Source: a virus. From it: 64,000 bases of DNA. This document shows, piece by piece, positions 16,703-25,556 of this stretch. Every line of letters starts with the position of its first letter. Within the stretch, counting starts at the first letter, position 1. The stretch is from positions 1-64,000 of IMG/VR virus record IMGVR_UViG_3300032246_001892; one strand, written 5' to 3'. The notes under the pieces are model-generated. The model was not told the origin of the DNA and did not search any database. It saw only the letters and a program-made list of their open reading frames with translations. The position numbers were made by a program, and so were the translations under genes.

Positions 16703-17413
16703 CTTTAATAATAGATTCTTTTATTAAATGTTTTTTCCCTAGAATAATAATTTTAACATTATTTTGTTCTGCTGTTCTTTTAATTTTATCTATATCAGTT
16801 TTAATTAAGAAATCATTTTTTGGATCAAGATATACATTATACATAGGTAGATAAAAATCTGGGTAATATCTTCTTTGTTGGTTTTTATTATCTTTGTACC
16901 AAAAAAAGAAGGTCTGATCCATAATATTTTTAAATTATTCAATATATTTGAAAGAGTAACTTCATATGAACTTTCTGCCACAAAAATTTCACCCTTTATG
17001 TTTGAAATTTTGCTTCTGTGTGTATGCTTTTGACCGCCACATTTAGGATTTATAGTTGATGTTATTTTATTCCAATTTACAAGACAATCTTTGCAGCAAG
17101 TTTTTAAATAAGGAGACCCTGTGTCTTTTTGACAAAAATTACATAGAAGATTCGGTTTATCGCACGTGGGTGTTATACCTCTTTTTCTTAAAGATTCTAT
17201 ACATTTTTGTTTGGTTTTTTCTGATTGTTTATATCCTAAAAGTTTTTCTTTTACCTTTTTCTTAAATTCTTCAGTTCTTGCGCCTCTACTATTAGAACAA
17301 GATCTAGAACAAAATCTTAAAGGAGTATTAATAGCTTTTTTGTCTTTTCTCCATTCATGTTTTATTTTTTTACAACATTTTAAACAAATATTTGAACCTG
17401 TAAAAGTTTTCAT
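16635..17413 (-). CDS. PD-(D/E)XK-type (TnsA-like) putative homing endonuclease split by a -1 frameshift (possible pseudogene)
   Basis: ORF 17413-16805 carries CSRSC Zn motifs and ESSYE..WIRP; ORF 16922-16635 continues WYKD..RRYYPDFYLP..YLDPK; the junction is a T7 run at 16901-16907. Confidence 0.75.
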
Positions 17414-17507
17414 AACAAAATTTTAAATACTTACGTGATAAGGGTTCGAATATAAGTAAATTATATAAATGTTAGATATATATATACAAATTTGTATTTA
17501 AATGAAT

Positions 17508-17582
17508 GGGGGTGTAGTGCTAATGGTAACACGCAGCCTTAGCAAGGCCGAGTTAAGGGTTCGAATCCCTCCTCGTGTACCA
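17508..17582 (+). tRNA. Chimeric tRNA-Ala(AGC) with a non-pairing acceptor stem (likely pseudo)
   Basis: gggggtg..cagcc-TT-AGC-AA-ggccg..aaggg-TTCGAAT-ccctc-ctcgtgt-A-CCA; three acceptor mismatches. Confidence 0.75.
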
Positions 17583-17606
17583 CGCCTCTATCCCTAAATA
17601 AAAATC

Positions 17607-17933
17607 ATGAATCTAGGGGATTTTGTGATTTTGACAAGCATTTTTTATCTGCTGTCATTTTTCTGCTTTTTTATATATAGACATTTTTATCCCAGTAAAG
17701 CATTTTTAGTTGAAGGTGGTTATCAATATGTATTGTGGGATATGAGACAATACAGACATAAAAAATATGAATTGAATCCCAAAGTATTGAGAACCTCTAT
17801 TAGGATTTACGTTAGGGGTGTAGATAAACATAATAGCAGAGAAATTACTAAGTGTGTTTTGCAAAAATTAATAGATAATAATATATTGGAATTGGATACT
17901 AATGGTAATAAAGACATATATTATAAAAAATGA
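17607..17933 (+). CDS. Membrane-anchored hypothetical protein
   Basis: N-terminal TM; TAAATA motif upstream. Confidence 0.6.
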   Translation: MNLGDFVILTSIFYLLSFFCFFIYRHFYPSKAFLVEGGYQYVLWDMRQYRHKKYELNPKVLRTSIRIYVRGVDKHNSREITKCVLQKLIDNNILELDTNGNKDIYYKK

Positions 17934-18157
17934 AATTTTTAATCTTGTTTTTGATGTGCGTTAATTTATCGGCATCAGAATATATAAACACCAACAATAT
18001 AAACACAGAAGAATTTTTAAATGAAATGCAAAAGGTTTATCATTTAAAGATACATAAAACTCACAAAATAGATTTTATCTTAACGGGTCAAACTATTTTT
18101 GACTATAGAAACAACCGAAACAACACTTATAGCTGTTTTAAACTAAATTTTTGGTAA
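17930..18157 (+). CDS. Hypothetical protein with signal-peptide-like N-terminus
   Basis: MKFLILFLMCVNLSA. Confidence 0.55.
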   Translation: MKFLILFLMCVNLSASEYINTNNINTEEFLNEMQKVYHLKIHKTHKIDFILTGQTIFDYRNNRNNTYSCFKLNFW

Positions 18158-18159
18158 AT

Positions 18160-18690
18160 ATGAAAGACGTGCATTGCGATATACAAAACATACTGTTTAG
18201 TAAAACAGTCATTAGTGCTAAAATAAAATCACTAGGGAGAACGATTACCAAGGACTATGCTGGTAAAGATTTAACAATTATTAGTTTAATGACAGGCAGC
18301 TTGTTGTTTACAGCTGATTTAATAAGAGAAATTAATATTCCAATCTCTCTTTATACAATAACAGTCTCAAGTTACAATGGTGCTAAAATAAGCTCAGGGA
18401 CACTTAATATCAAAGACTCTCTCCCTGATTGTAAAGATAAGGATGTGTTGATTGTTGATGATATATTAGATACCGGATTAACTCTTTCTTCTCTTAAAAC
18501 AATTATAGGAGCCCTTCAACCTGCTTCTATTAAGACTTGTGTTCTATTAAACAAAAAAATAGAGCGTACTAATTTGCAGCATCCGGATTATTTTGGATTT
18601 GAAATAGATAAAGAATTTGTAGTAGGTTATGGATTGGATTTTAACGGCACATATAGAAATCTGCCTTATGTTGGTATTTTAAAAAATTAA
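18160..18690 (+). CDS. hpt: Hypoxanthine-guanine phosphoribosyltransferase
   Basis: VLIVDDILDTGLTL, FVVGYGLD..YRNLPYVG. Confidence 0.92.
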   Translation: MKDVHCDIQNILFSKTVISAKIKSLGRTITKDYAGKDLTIISLMTGSLLFTADLIREINIPISLYTITVSSYNGAKISSGTLNIKDSLPDCKDKDVLIVDDILDTGLTLSSLKTIIGALQPASIKTCVLLNKKIERTNLQHPDYFGFEIDKEFVVGYGLDFNGTYRNLPYVGILKN

Positions 18691-18732
18691 AGTTGTAATA
18701 TCTTTAATTTATTAATATAATAACCAGACCAT

Positions 18733-19323
18733 ATGAATTTGGAACATCTTAGAAGAGAGACCGTTTTAGTTTTAAATAGGAATTGGCAAGCAATTCACGT
18801 TAAGTCCCCTGCAGAAGCATTGTCAATGATGTTTACAGATACTGCTACAGGTTTAGATATTAGAGGAAATGATGACATGGCTCCTTATAAATGGGACAAA
18901 TGGATTGGTCTTCCATATGATGAAAATGCTTTTTATATTAAAACTATAAGAGGCGAAATTAAGATTCCTAAAATTATCATCTTATCATCCTTTGATAAAG
19001 TGCCACAAAAAAGACCTAAATTTTCAAGCAGAGGTGTTTGGATGAGAGACGGAGGTGTGTGTCAATACACTGGTCAAAAATTAACTCCTAATGAAGGGAA
19101 TATAGATCATATTATTCCAAGGTCTCGGGGAGGAGCTACTAATTGGTCCAATTGTGTTCTGGCACATAAAGAAGTTAATGCCAAGAAAGCAGATAAAACT
19201 CCTCAAGAAGCTGGGTTGAAATTAATCAGGACTCCTAAAGAACCCAAATCAATGCCTACTACTTTTTACATCAGGAACAAACACAAGATTAAAGAATGGG
19301 ATATGTTTTTAAAATATGAATAG
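18733..19323 (+). CDS. HNH endonuclease
   Basis: VLVLN..RDGGVCQY..IDHIIPRSRGGATNWSNCV..N..K. Confidence 0.88.
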   Translation: MNLEHLRRETVLVLNRNWQAIHVKSPAEALSMMFTDTATGLDIRGNDDMAPYKWDKWIGLPYDENAFYIKTIRGEIKIPKIIILSSFDKVPQKRPKFSSRGVWMRDGGVCQYTGQKLTPNEGNIDHIIPRSRGGATNWSNCVLAHKEVNAKKADKTPQEAGLKLIRTPKEPKSMPTTFYIRNKHKIKEWDMFLKYE

Positions 19324-19720
19324 AATAAGCTGGGAAGAATACGCTTTAAAAATAGCAGAGGTTGCATCATTGCGATCAGAAGACCCACGTACTAAAGTAG
19401 GTTGTTGCTTATTAAGACACGACAACACTATAGCTAGTTTAGGTTATAATGGTGCTCCTGCAGGAGTAGAAATAGAATGGGATAATCGTGTAGAGAAACA
19501 TAAAAGAGTCATACATGCAGAGATTAATGCTTTGCGTATGGTTAAACCTGGAGAATGTTATTTGGCTGCTATAACATTATCACCTTGTAATGATTGCATT
19601 AAGTCTTTAGCAGCTTACGGCATCAAAAAAATCGTATACAGAAATGTATACGATTGTGGTACTTCTTATTGCTTCAAAGAGATAGCAAAAGATTTTGGAA
19701 TAGAACTTATTAAACTTTAA
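19316..19720 (+). CDS. dCMP deaminase
   Basis: KVGC..GYNGAP..HAEINAL..PCNDC. Confidence 0.9.
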   Translation: MNRISWEEYALKIAEVASLRSEDPRTKVGCCLLRHDNTIASLGYNGAPAGVEIEWDNRVEKHKRVIHAEINALRMVKPGECYLAAITLSPCNDCIKSLAAYGIKKIVYRNVYDCGTSYCFKEIAKDFGIELIKL

Positions 19721-20304
19721 GTCCAGAAATACTGTCTATTACGGATTATATTTTCCAATACTACAGTATCCTTATCTTCGATAAGTTTTTCTATGCGATC
19801 TACTTCTGAGTAAAGATCTTTATAAGATTTTTCTCCAAGAGTCATCTTATAAAGATTGGTACCTTCAACTTTTTTGAACATATCATTAAAAGGCCTTAAT
19901 GGAGGATAAGCGCCATTAAGATCCTTTTCTAATTGAGGTCTTTCTACAGTGATATATCTATAAGAATCTTCTAACCAATTAGCAAATTTTTGATGATTTT
20001 CTGTGGCGCTCCAATCAGTAGATCCGTTCAAGTATTCGTCCTCATAAAAACCTTTGACAAATTCAAAATTAACCTTTTCTATAAGAGATGATACATCATT
20101 CCATTTTTTGGGAATAATTTTACGATATCTTTTATTTTGAGGATCTATGATCGGATCAATTTTATCATAGTAAAAATGTCTCCAGCTTCCAGGGAAGGCA
20201 TTGAATAGATCAATTCTCCCTAAAAATTTATAATTCCATAATATATTCTGTATGAAATTAAAATGTTTTAAAACTGGTTTAGATGAGATCTTTTGAATGT
20301 CCAT
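19717..20304 (-). CDS. Hypothetical protein
   Basis: 195-aa ORF. Confidence 0.7.
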   Translation of the reverse strand: MDIQKISSKPVLKHFNFIQNILWNYKFLGRIDLFNAFPGSWRHFYYDKIDPIIDPQNKRYRKIIPKKWNDVSSLIEKVNFEFVKGFYEDEYLNGSTDWSATENHQKFANWLEDSYRYITVERPQLEKDLNGAYPPLRPFNDMFKKVEGTNLYKMTLGEKSYKDLYSEVDRIEKLIEDKDTVVLENIIRNRQYFWT

Positions 20305-20361
20305 GTTTTAATTCTATAATATTTTTAATATTAATCAAGAATATTATAGAATTAAAATTAA

Positions 20362-22035
20362 TTAAGCTTCACAACTTTTACAAGTCATAATAGAACGCGC
20401 CAATTCTTTTGCTGGATTAGAACTTCTCTGATAATAGAGACTCTTAATTCCATTCTCCCATGCAAATATAATAAGCTCATTAACTGCTTTGGGGGATGTA
20501 CCTGCTGGAATCATAAGATTCAAGCTTTGACCCTGATCAATATACTTTTGTCGTGAAGACGCCTGAATAACTATTTCCTTTTGAGAAGTCTCAGCAAAGG
20601 TTTTAAACACATCCTTTTCTTCTTGAGTAAGGAAATCTAAATGTTGAACCGATCCACCATGTGTAAGAATGTCTTTCCAGGTATCTTCATCATTCTTATT
20701 TTTATTTTTAAGAAGTAATTTAAGATAAGGGTTCTTATAGGTAAATTTGCCTTTTGCTAAATCTTTAACAAAGTAATTGGATTCAAGTGGTTCAATACTA
20801 GGAGACACTTGTCCAAGAATAAATGAACTGGATGTAGTTGGAGCAACTGCAAGAGTTGTAGTATTTCTACGATTATAACCCTTGAGTAATTCCGGTTCAC
20901 CAATTAATTCTGAAAGGTCTTTAGTAGCTTTATCTGCTCTATCACGAATAGTTTTCCAAATAGTCGTATTGAGAAGTTTCGCTTCCATAGACTCGAATGC
21001 AATCATTTTCGATTGTAATAATGAATGCCATCCCAGAATACCGAGACCCAATGCTCGATGTCTTAACGCAAAGTTTCTAGGAGCATCCATGAAAGGCATA
21101 TCCTTGGTTTTATTAATAAACTCGGTCATCACTGCATCTAGGAAATATATCATCGTCTCAACTGCATCTGTATCTTTCCACTCCTCCCACTTTTCTAGAT
21201 TCATAGAAGAGAGGTCACAAACAAATGATTCATCATCATTATTAGGAAGCATGATTTCTGTACAAAGATTAGAATGGTTAATCTTCATCTTTGTGTCTTT
21301 ATAAACCTGAGGAGCTTGATTGTTTACGTTATCGGTAAAGAAAAGATAAGGATAACCAGACTCAAAGCGCTTCTTAAGAACAAGACCCCAAATTCTACGC
21401 TTTTCTTTATCACCTTCAATCATTGATTTCATCCACTCATCGGTGATAGTAACACCGATAGAAAGGTTTTGAATACTATTTCCTTCTGAGCGAATAGATA
21501 AGAATTCTTCTATGTCCTTATGGTCAATAGGCAGATAAGACGCAAAAGACCCACGGCGAACATTTCCCTGGGAAATGACACTCATAAGACTTTCAAAAAG
21601 CTCCATGAAATGAACCGTGCCAGTAGATTCTCCACCAGATGAAATAGGTTCACCTCTACCTCTTAAAGCACCGAAATAAGCTGAAGTACCTCCTCCACCT
21701 TTTGTCATCATTCCTACTTCGGAAACTTTGGCTAAGATACCTTCCATGGTATCAGGAATATGAGAACCAAAACAAGAAATAGGAAGACCTCTCTTGCGAC
21801 CAAAGTTTGACCAGATAGGAGATGCAAGAGAATAAAAACCTCTATGCATATAGTCTTCAAACTTCTTTGCAAACTTTGTATCTCCTGTGAAATCTACTAA
21901 AATTTTTTGAGCAGCCTTTGCTATATCATGGATTCTCTGTTCCGGTGTTTCGTCTTCTAAAAGATAACCTCTTTGAAGAAATTTCCTTGAATCCTTGTTT
22001 AGCCAATAAATGTTGCTTGTTGCTTCTGTAATCAT
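20362..22035 (-). CDS. nrdA: Ribonucleotide reductase class I, alpha subunit
   Basis: PISCF, RRGS, SNLCTEI, APTTSSS, DQGQSLNL, SLYY, C-terminal CKSCEA. Confidence 0.95.
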   Translation of the reverse strand: MITEATSNIYWLNKDSRKFLQRGYLLEDETPEQRIHDIAKAAQKILVDFTGDTKFAKKFEDYMHRGFYSLASPIWSNFGRKRGLPISCFGSHIPDTMEGILAKVSEVGMMTKGGGGTSAYFGALRGRGEPISSGGESTGTVHFMELFESLMSVISQGNVRRGSFASYLPIDHKDIEEFLSIRSEGNSIQNLSIGVTITDEWMKSMIEGDKEKRRIWGLVLKKRFESGYPYLFFTDNVNNQAPQVYKDTKMKINHSNLCTEIMLPNNDDESFVCDLSSMNLEKWEEWKDTDAVETMIYFLDAVMTEFINKTKDMPFMDAPRNFALRHRALGLGILGWHSLLQSKMIAFESMEAKLLNTTIWKTIRDRADKATKDLSELIGEPELLKGYNRRNTTTLAVAPTTSSSFILGQVSPSIEPLESNYFVKDLAKGKFTYKNPYLKLLLKNKNKNDEDTWKDILTHGGSVQHLDFLTQEEKDVFKTFAETSQKEIVIQASSRQKYIDQGQSLNLMIPAGTSPKAVNELIIFAWENGIKSLYYQRSSNPAKELARSIMTCKSCEA

Positions 22036-22043
22036 AACCTGTT

Positions 22044-22787
22044 TTATATTTTATCTACTAATTGATTATTATCAATGTTATTCGTTTGGGTTTTTCTTTT
22101 AGCCCAAGCTAGTTTCATCTTTTCTTTGGTTGATTCTTTATGCTTTTTACCAAACATATTATTATTTTCACCAGAATTAACATCTTTTAATTTCTTTCTG
22201 GTTTCTTCAGAAATTGAATTTTTCTTATAGAATTCTACCATTCTAAGTCTTTGTTCTTCTTTTGTTTTTTCGTTCCAATATCTTTTGTTGAATTCTTTTC
22301 TTTGTTGTCTTTGTTCATCTGAAACCCAAGGTAAACCTTTTTTTCTGCGAGTTTCTACCGTTTTTTTCCAAGACTCTTTATTTCTTTTCTTTAAAGCTTC
22401 TTTCATTTTTCTTATGGTTTCTTCTGATTTTGGTTTTCTCATTTTATTTTTAGTGGTTTCTGATAGTTTATAACCACCCTTATTTACGAAGTTTTTACCT
22501 CCATTATGTTTATTAAAAAATCTCGTATTTTCAGCAGCATTTACTTTCATTAAGAATCTTGATTCATATAATAAAGTTTCTTCTGATGTTTTAAAATGTT
22601 TTATTTTTAAAACTTCAAATGAATGTAGACCATCTTTCTTTATCAAATCTTTTATGATTTTTGAAGTGGTCTTATATCCAGATTCGGTCATTAGATTTGA
22701 TGAATCTGCTGATGAATTTATTTTACAACCAGCATAATATTTTTTAGTTGGTTTATGTCTTATAATATAAAAATATGGTATTGCCAT
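22044..22787 (-). CDS. GIY-YIG-like homing endonuclease with NUMOD3-type repeats
   Basis: PYFYII..YYAGCK; SEETIRKM, NNMFGKKHKESTKEKM. Confidence 0.8.
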   Translation of the reverse strand: MAIPYFYIIRHKPTKKYYAGCKINSSADSSNLMTESGYKTTSKIIKDLIKKDGLHSFEVLKIKHFKTSEETLLYESRFLMKVNAAENTRFFNKHNGGKNFVNKGGYKLSETTKNKMRKPKSEETIRKMKEALKKRNKESWKKTVETRRKKGLPWVSDEQRQQRKEFNKRYWNEKTKEEQRLRMVEFYKKNSISEETRKKLKDVNSGENNNMFGKKHKESTKEKMKLAWAKRKTQTNNIDNNQLVDKI

Positions 22788-22819
22788 ATTTATACTTACT
22801 CTACTAGACCAGTGGAATA

Positions 22820-23791
22820 TTAAAATAATTCAGATTCATCAAAACATTGATTCTTTTTTGCGTATTCTGTTGGACGCTGGTGGAAAAAATCGGTTAAATT
22901 ATTTCCAAGTAGTTCTTCTTCAAACCATTTGGTCTTTTTTAACAACTCTTTATCAACCTCAAATGCTTCTTTAAACTTAATTTGTTTAAGGGATTCATTA
23001 ATACGATTCTTGATGAATTCCTTGAGAATAGGAGCTGTTAAATTTTCTTCATCGATTCCGTTAACCATCCAATCAACAATCTCTGATTCGGATTCAAATG
23101 CTTGCTTTGCTTCGTGTGCAATCTTGGCTTCTAATTCTTCATCAAATAATTCTGGATATTCTTCTCTGATTGTGTTGATAATTTTAGTACCAACGAGACC
23201 GTGTATCTGTTCTTCGTTACGAGTATATTTGACCTGCTGATCTGTATCCTTTAGAACATTCTTAAAACGTGCAAACCAATTAATAACGTAGAATTGTGAA
23301 AATAAAGAAACGTTCTCAACAAAGAGAGTAAAGAGGATAAGTGCATAGAGGTATTGTTTTTTAGAATCTTTGTAATACCTATGAGTGTACTTTCTAAGAT
23401 ACTTAACTCGGCCTTCAATCCAGTCAAGTTTTAAATTCTCTTCAAAGACATCTTCAAGACCAAGAGCAGAAATCAAACGCTCATAAGCGTTATTATGAAT
23501 AACTTCCACGTTTGCCATTACATACCCAAGATCAGATAAAGACGGATGAGGAAGATTTTCTCCCAATTTAGCCCAAAAGGTTTTGACTGCAATTTCAATT
23601 TGACCAATAGCTGAAAGGGTACGAATAACAATTTCCTTTTCTTGTTCTGTCAAATTAACTTTAAATTGTTGTATATCAGACTTAAATGAAAATTCTTTAT
23701 CTGTCCAAAAACCATTATGCATGGCTTCAATAAATTCATCTGTCCAGGGGTATAAGTTAGGTTTACGGGAAATTTGTTCGTCGAATATCAT
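22820..23791 (-). CDS. nrdB: Ribonucleotide reductase class I, beta subunit
   Basis: FW..E, EVIHNNAY, ENVSLFSQF, EEQIH, DFF. Confidence 0.93.
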   Translation of the reverse strand: MIFDEQISRKPNLYPWTDEFIEAMHNGFWTDKEFSFKSDIQQFKVNLTEQEKEIVIRTLSAIGQIEIAVKTFWAKLGENLPHPSLSDLGYVMANVEVIHNNAYERLISALGLEDVFEENLKLDWIEGRVKYLRKYTHRYYKDSKKQYLYALILFTLFVENVSLFSQFYVINWFARFKNVLKDTDQQVKYTRNEEQIHGLVGTKIINTIREEYPELFDEELEAKIAHEAKQAFESESEIVDWMVNGIDEENLTAPILKEFIKNRINESLKQIKFKEAFEVDKELLKKTKWFEEELLGNNLTDFFHQRPTEYAKKNQCFDESELF

Positions 23792-23840
23792 ATATTTGTC
23801 TTCTATTTAGTAATAGATTATCTTTATTTTAAGATAATAA

Positions 23841-24266
23841 TCACTTAATTTTTGAGTTATTTTTTTTATTCGATAACTTTTTGATTCTCAAAGGTTTACG
23901 TTTTTTGTATTTGGATTTTTTTTCTATTTTCTCTAAAAAATTTCTTTGTATCTCAGATTTATAAATTTTAGATGATATATGTTTTAAAAATGCTGCATTT
24001 TCTAATTGAGATACTCCGTTAATAACTCTTTTTTCCGTATAGAGTACTTGAGTTTCACTCCATTCCGGAAACAAATAATGAATACACTCATGATAAGCTG
24101 TAGCTAAAAATTCACCACTAGGATTGAATACTAGGTCAGTCCAATTACATATTCCGTGTGTACCCCTCATTTTTCTCAACGAGAAAAATTCTGCCGGTTT
24201 ACGTTTAACCAAATTTAAACATCTTTTATATATAATTGATATTTCTGTTTTGGTTATCTTTTTCAT
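23841..24266 (-). CDS. Hypothetical protein (HExxH)
   Basis: HECIH; TAAGTA motif upstream. Confidence 0.6.
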   Translation of the reverse strand: MKKITKTEISIIYKRCLNLVKRKPAEFFSLRKMRGTHGICNWTDLVFNPSGEFLATAYHECIHYLFPEWSETQVLYTEKRVINGVSQLENAAFLKHISSKIYKSEIQRNFLEKIEKKSKYKKRKPLRIKKLSNKKNNSKIK

Positions 24267-24344
24267 TCCAATACTTAGATTATAGAAGCCTTTTAAATCA
24301 TTTCAAGTTGATAGTTATCTGTATTGCTCTATATTGATAGAAGT

Positions 24345-25556
24345 ATGTTTAATCTAAACAGTAAAAACGTAATAAAATTGTCTAAAGATAAAGGTGAACT
24401 TTATTATAACCTTGTCAATGACAATGAATTTCCTATAAGGAGATACATTGAAAACACCTATGGGGTAGCTCCTAGTTTCTGTTATCCAGATGAAGAATTC
24501 ACAGGTGATATATTAACCTTTTTATTAAAAAACGGAAAATTGATGAACTTTACATCAACTGGTAAAATAGAATTATTAGAAAAGGATAATATTAAAGGAT
24601 TGAGAGGAGGCACTTTTTGGATTGCTTATAAAAAGGTCTATGTAAGATTAACAGTTAAAAATCAAACAGATGAAAAAGAACATCTTACAATTTCAGCAGG
24701 ATTCAGTCATGCATTGGAATGGTCGGAAAACGAAAAGGATAAAGAATACTCACCAGCTCAGATTTTTAGTTTAGGTTTTATATTTCCATCCAATGTTATG
24801 GATGTTCCTTTTAACGATTTTATTGAATTTATTCATAAACCAACAAAAGGCCGAGTTCATCTTTTTATTAAGAATCAATACGGTGAATATGATTTTGAAC
24901 CCATTTCTGTAGATATACCAGATAATGTTGATCTGTCTTTAAATTACGGAAAGGATTTTGTTGAAATAGATAAAACTATTAAAGAAAGACTTTCTGAAAA
25001 ATCCAGTGGTTTGTATATGTTTCATGGACCTCCCGGAACAGGTAAAACTACCTATATCAAGTATTTAGCAGGACAGATTGATAGAGATTTTATCTATATT
25101 CCTACAAGCATGTTAGAATTCTTTACTTCAGATCCTAACAGTTTATCAGTTCTTTTACAAAAACCAAATTCAGTTCTTATATTAGAAGATGCCGAGAAAG
25201 CTATCATAAAAAGAGAAGACAATGGAATGGCATCATCGGTATCATCTCTTTTAAATCTGTCTGATGGTATCATGAGTGATATTTTAAAAACAGCTGTTGT
25301 CTTGACTTATAATTGTTCAAGACAAGAAGTAGATGAGGCTTTAAGAAGGAAAGGAAGACTCCGTGTTGATTATGAATTTGATCTTTTAAAAGTGAGTGAT
25401 GCTAAAACATTAGCAAAGTCCTTGAATTATTCCGATAAACTAATAGAATCAGAAATTAAAGAAAAAATGTCTATTGCTGATGTTTACAATTTAAAAGATA
25501 AAGTTAATTTTTACGAAGAACCCTCAGAAGAAGAAACGCGTATTGGATTTAGATAA
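24345..25556 (+). CDS. AAA+ ATPase
   Basis: GPPGTGKT, LILEDAE, LLNLSDG, ALRRKGRL, C-terminal IGF. Confidence 0.9.
   Translation: MFNLNSKNVIKLSKDKGELYYNLVNDNEFPIRRYIENTYGVAPSFCYPDEEFTGDILTFLLKNGKLMNFTSTGKIELLEKDNIKGLRGGTFWIAYKKVYVRLTVKNQTDEKEHLTISAGFSHALEWSENEKDKEYSPAQIFSLGFIFPSNVMDVPFNDFIEFIHKPTKGRVHLFIKNQYGEYDFEPISVDIPDNVDLSLNYGKDFVEIDKTIKERLSEKSSGLYMFHGPPGTGKTTYIKYLAGQIDRDFIYIPTSMLEFFTSDPNSLSVLLQKPNSVLILEDAEKAIIKREDNGMASSVSSLLNLSDGIMSDILKTAVVLTYNCSRQEVDEALRRKGRLRVDYEFDLLKVSDAKTLAKSLNYSDKLIESEIKEKMSIADVYNLKDKVNFYEEPSEEETRIGFR

Noticed and set aside
19316-19720. TadA-like tRNA deaminase serving the A34 tRNAs
   Set aside because: The RSED..KVG and GYNGAP motifs fit dCMP deaminase, and thyX in the same genome explains its role
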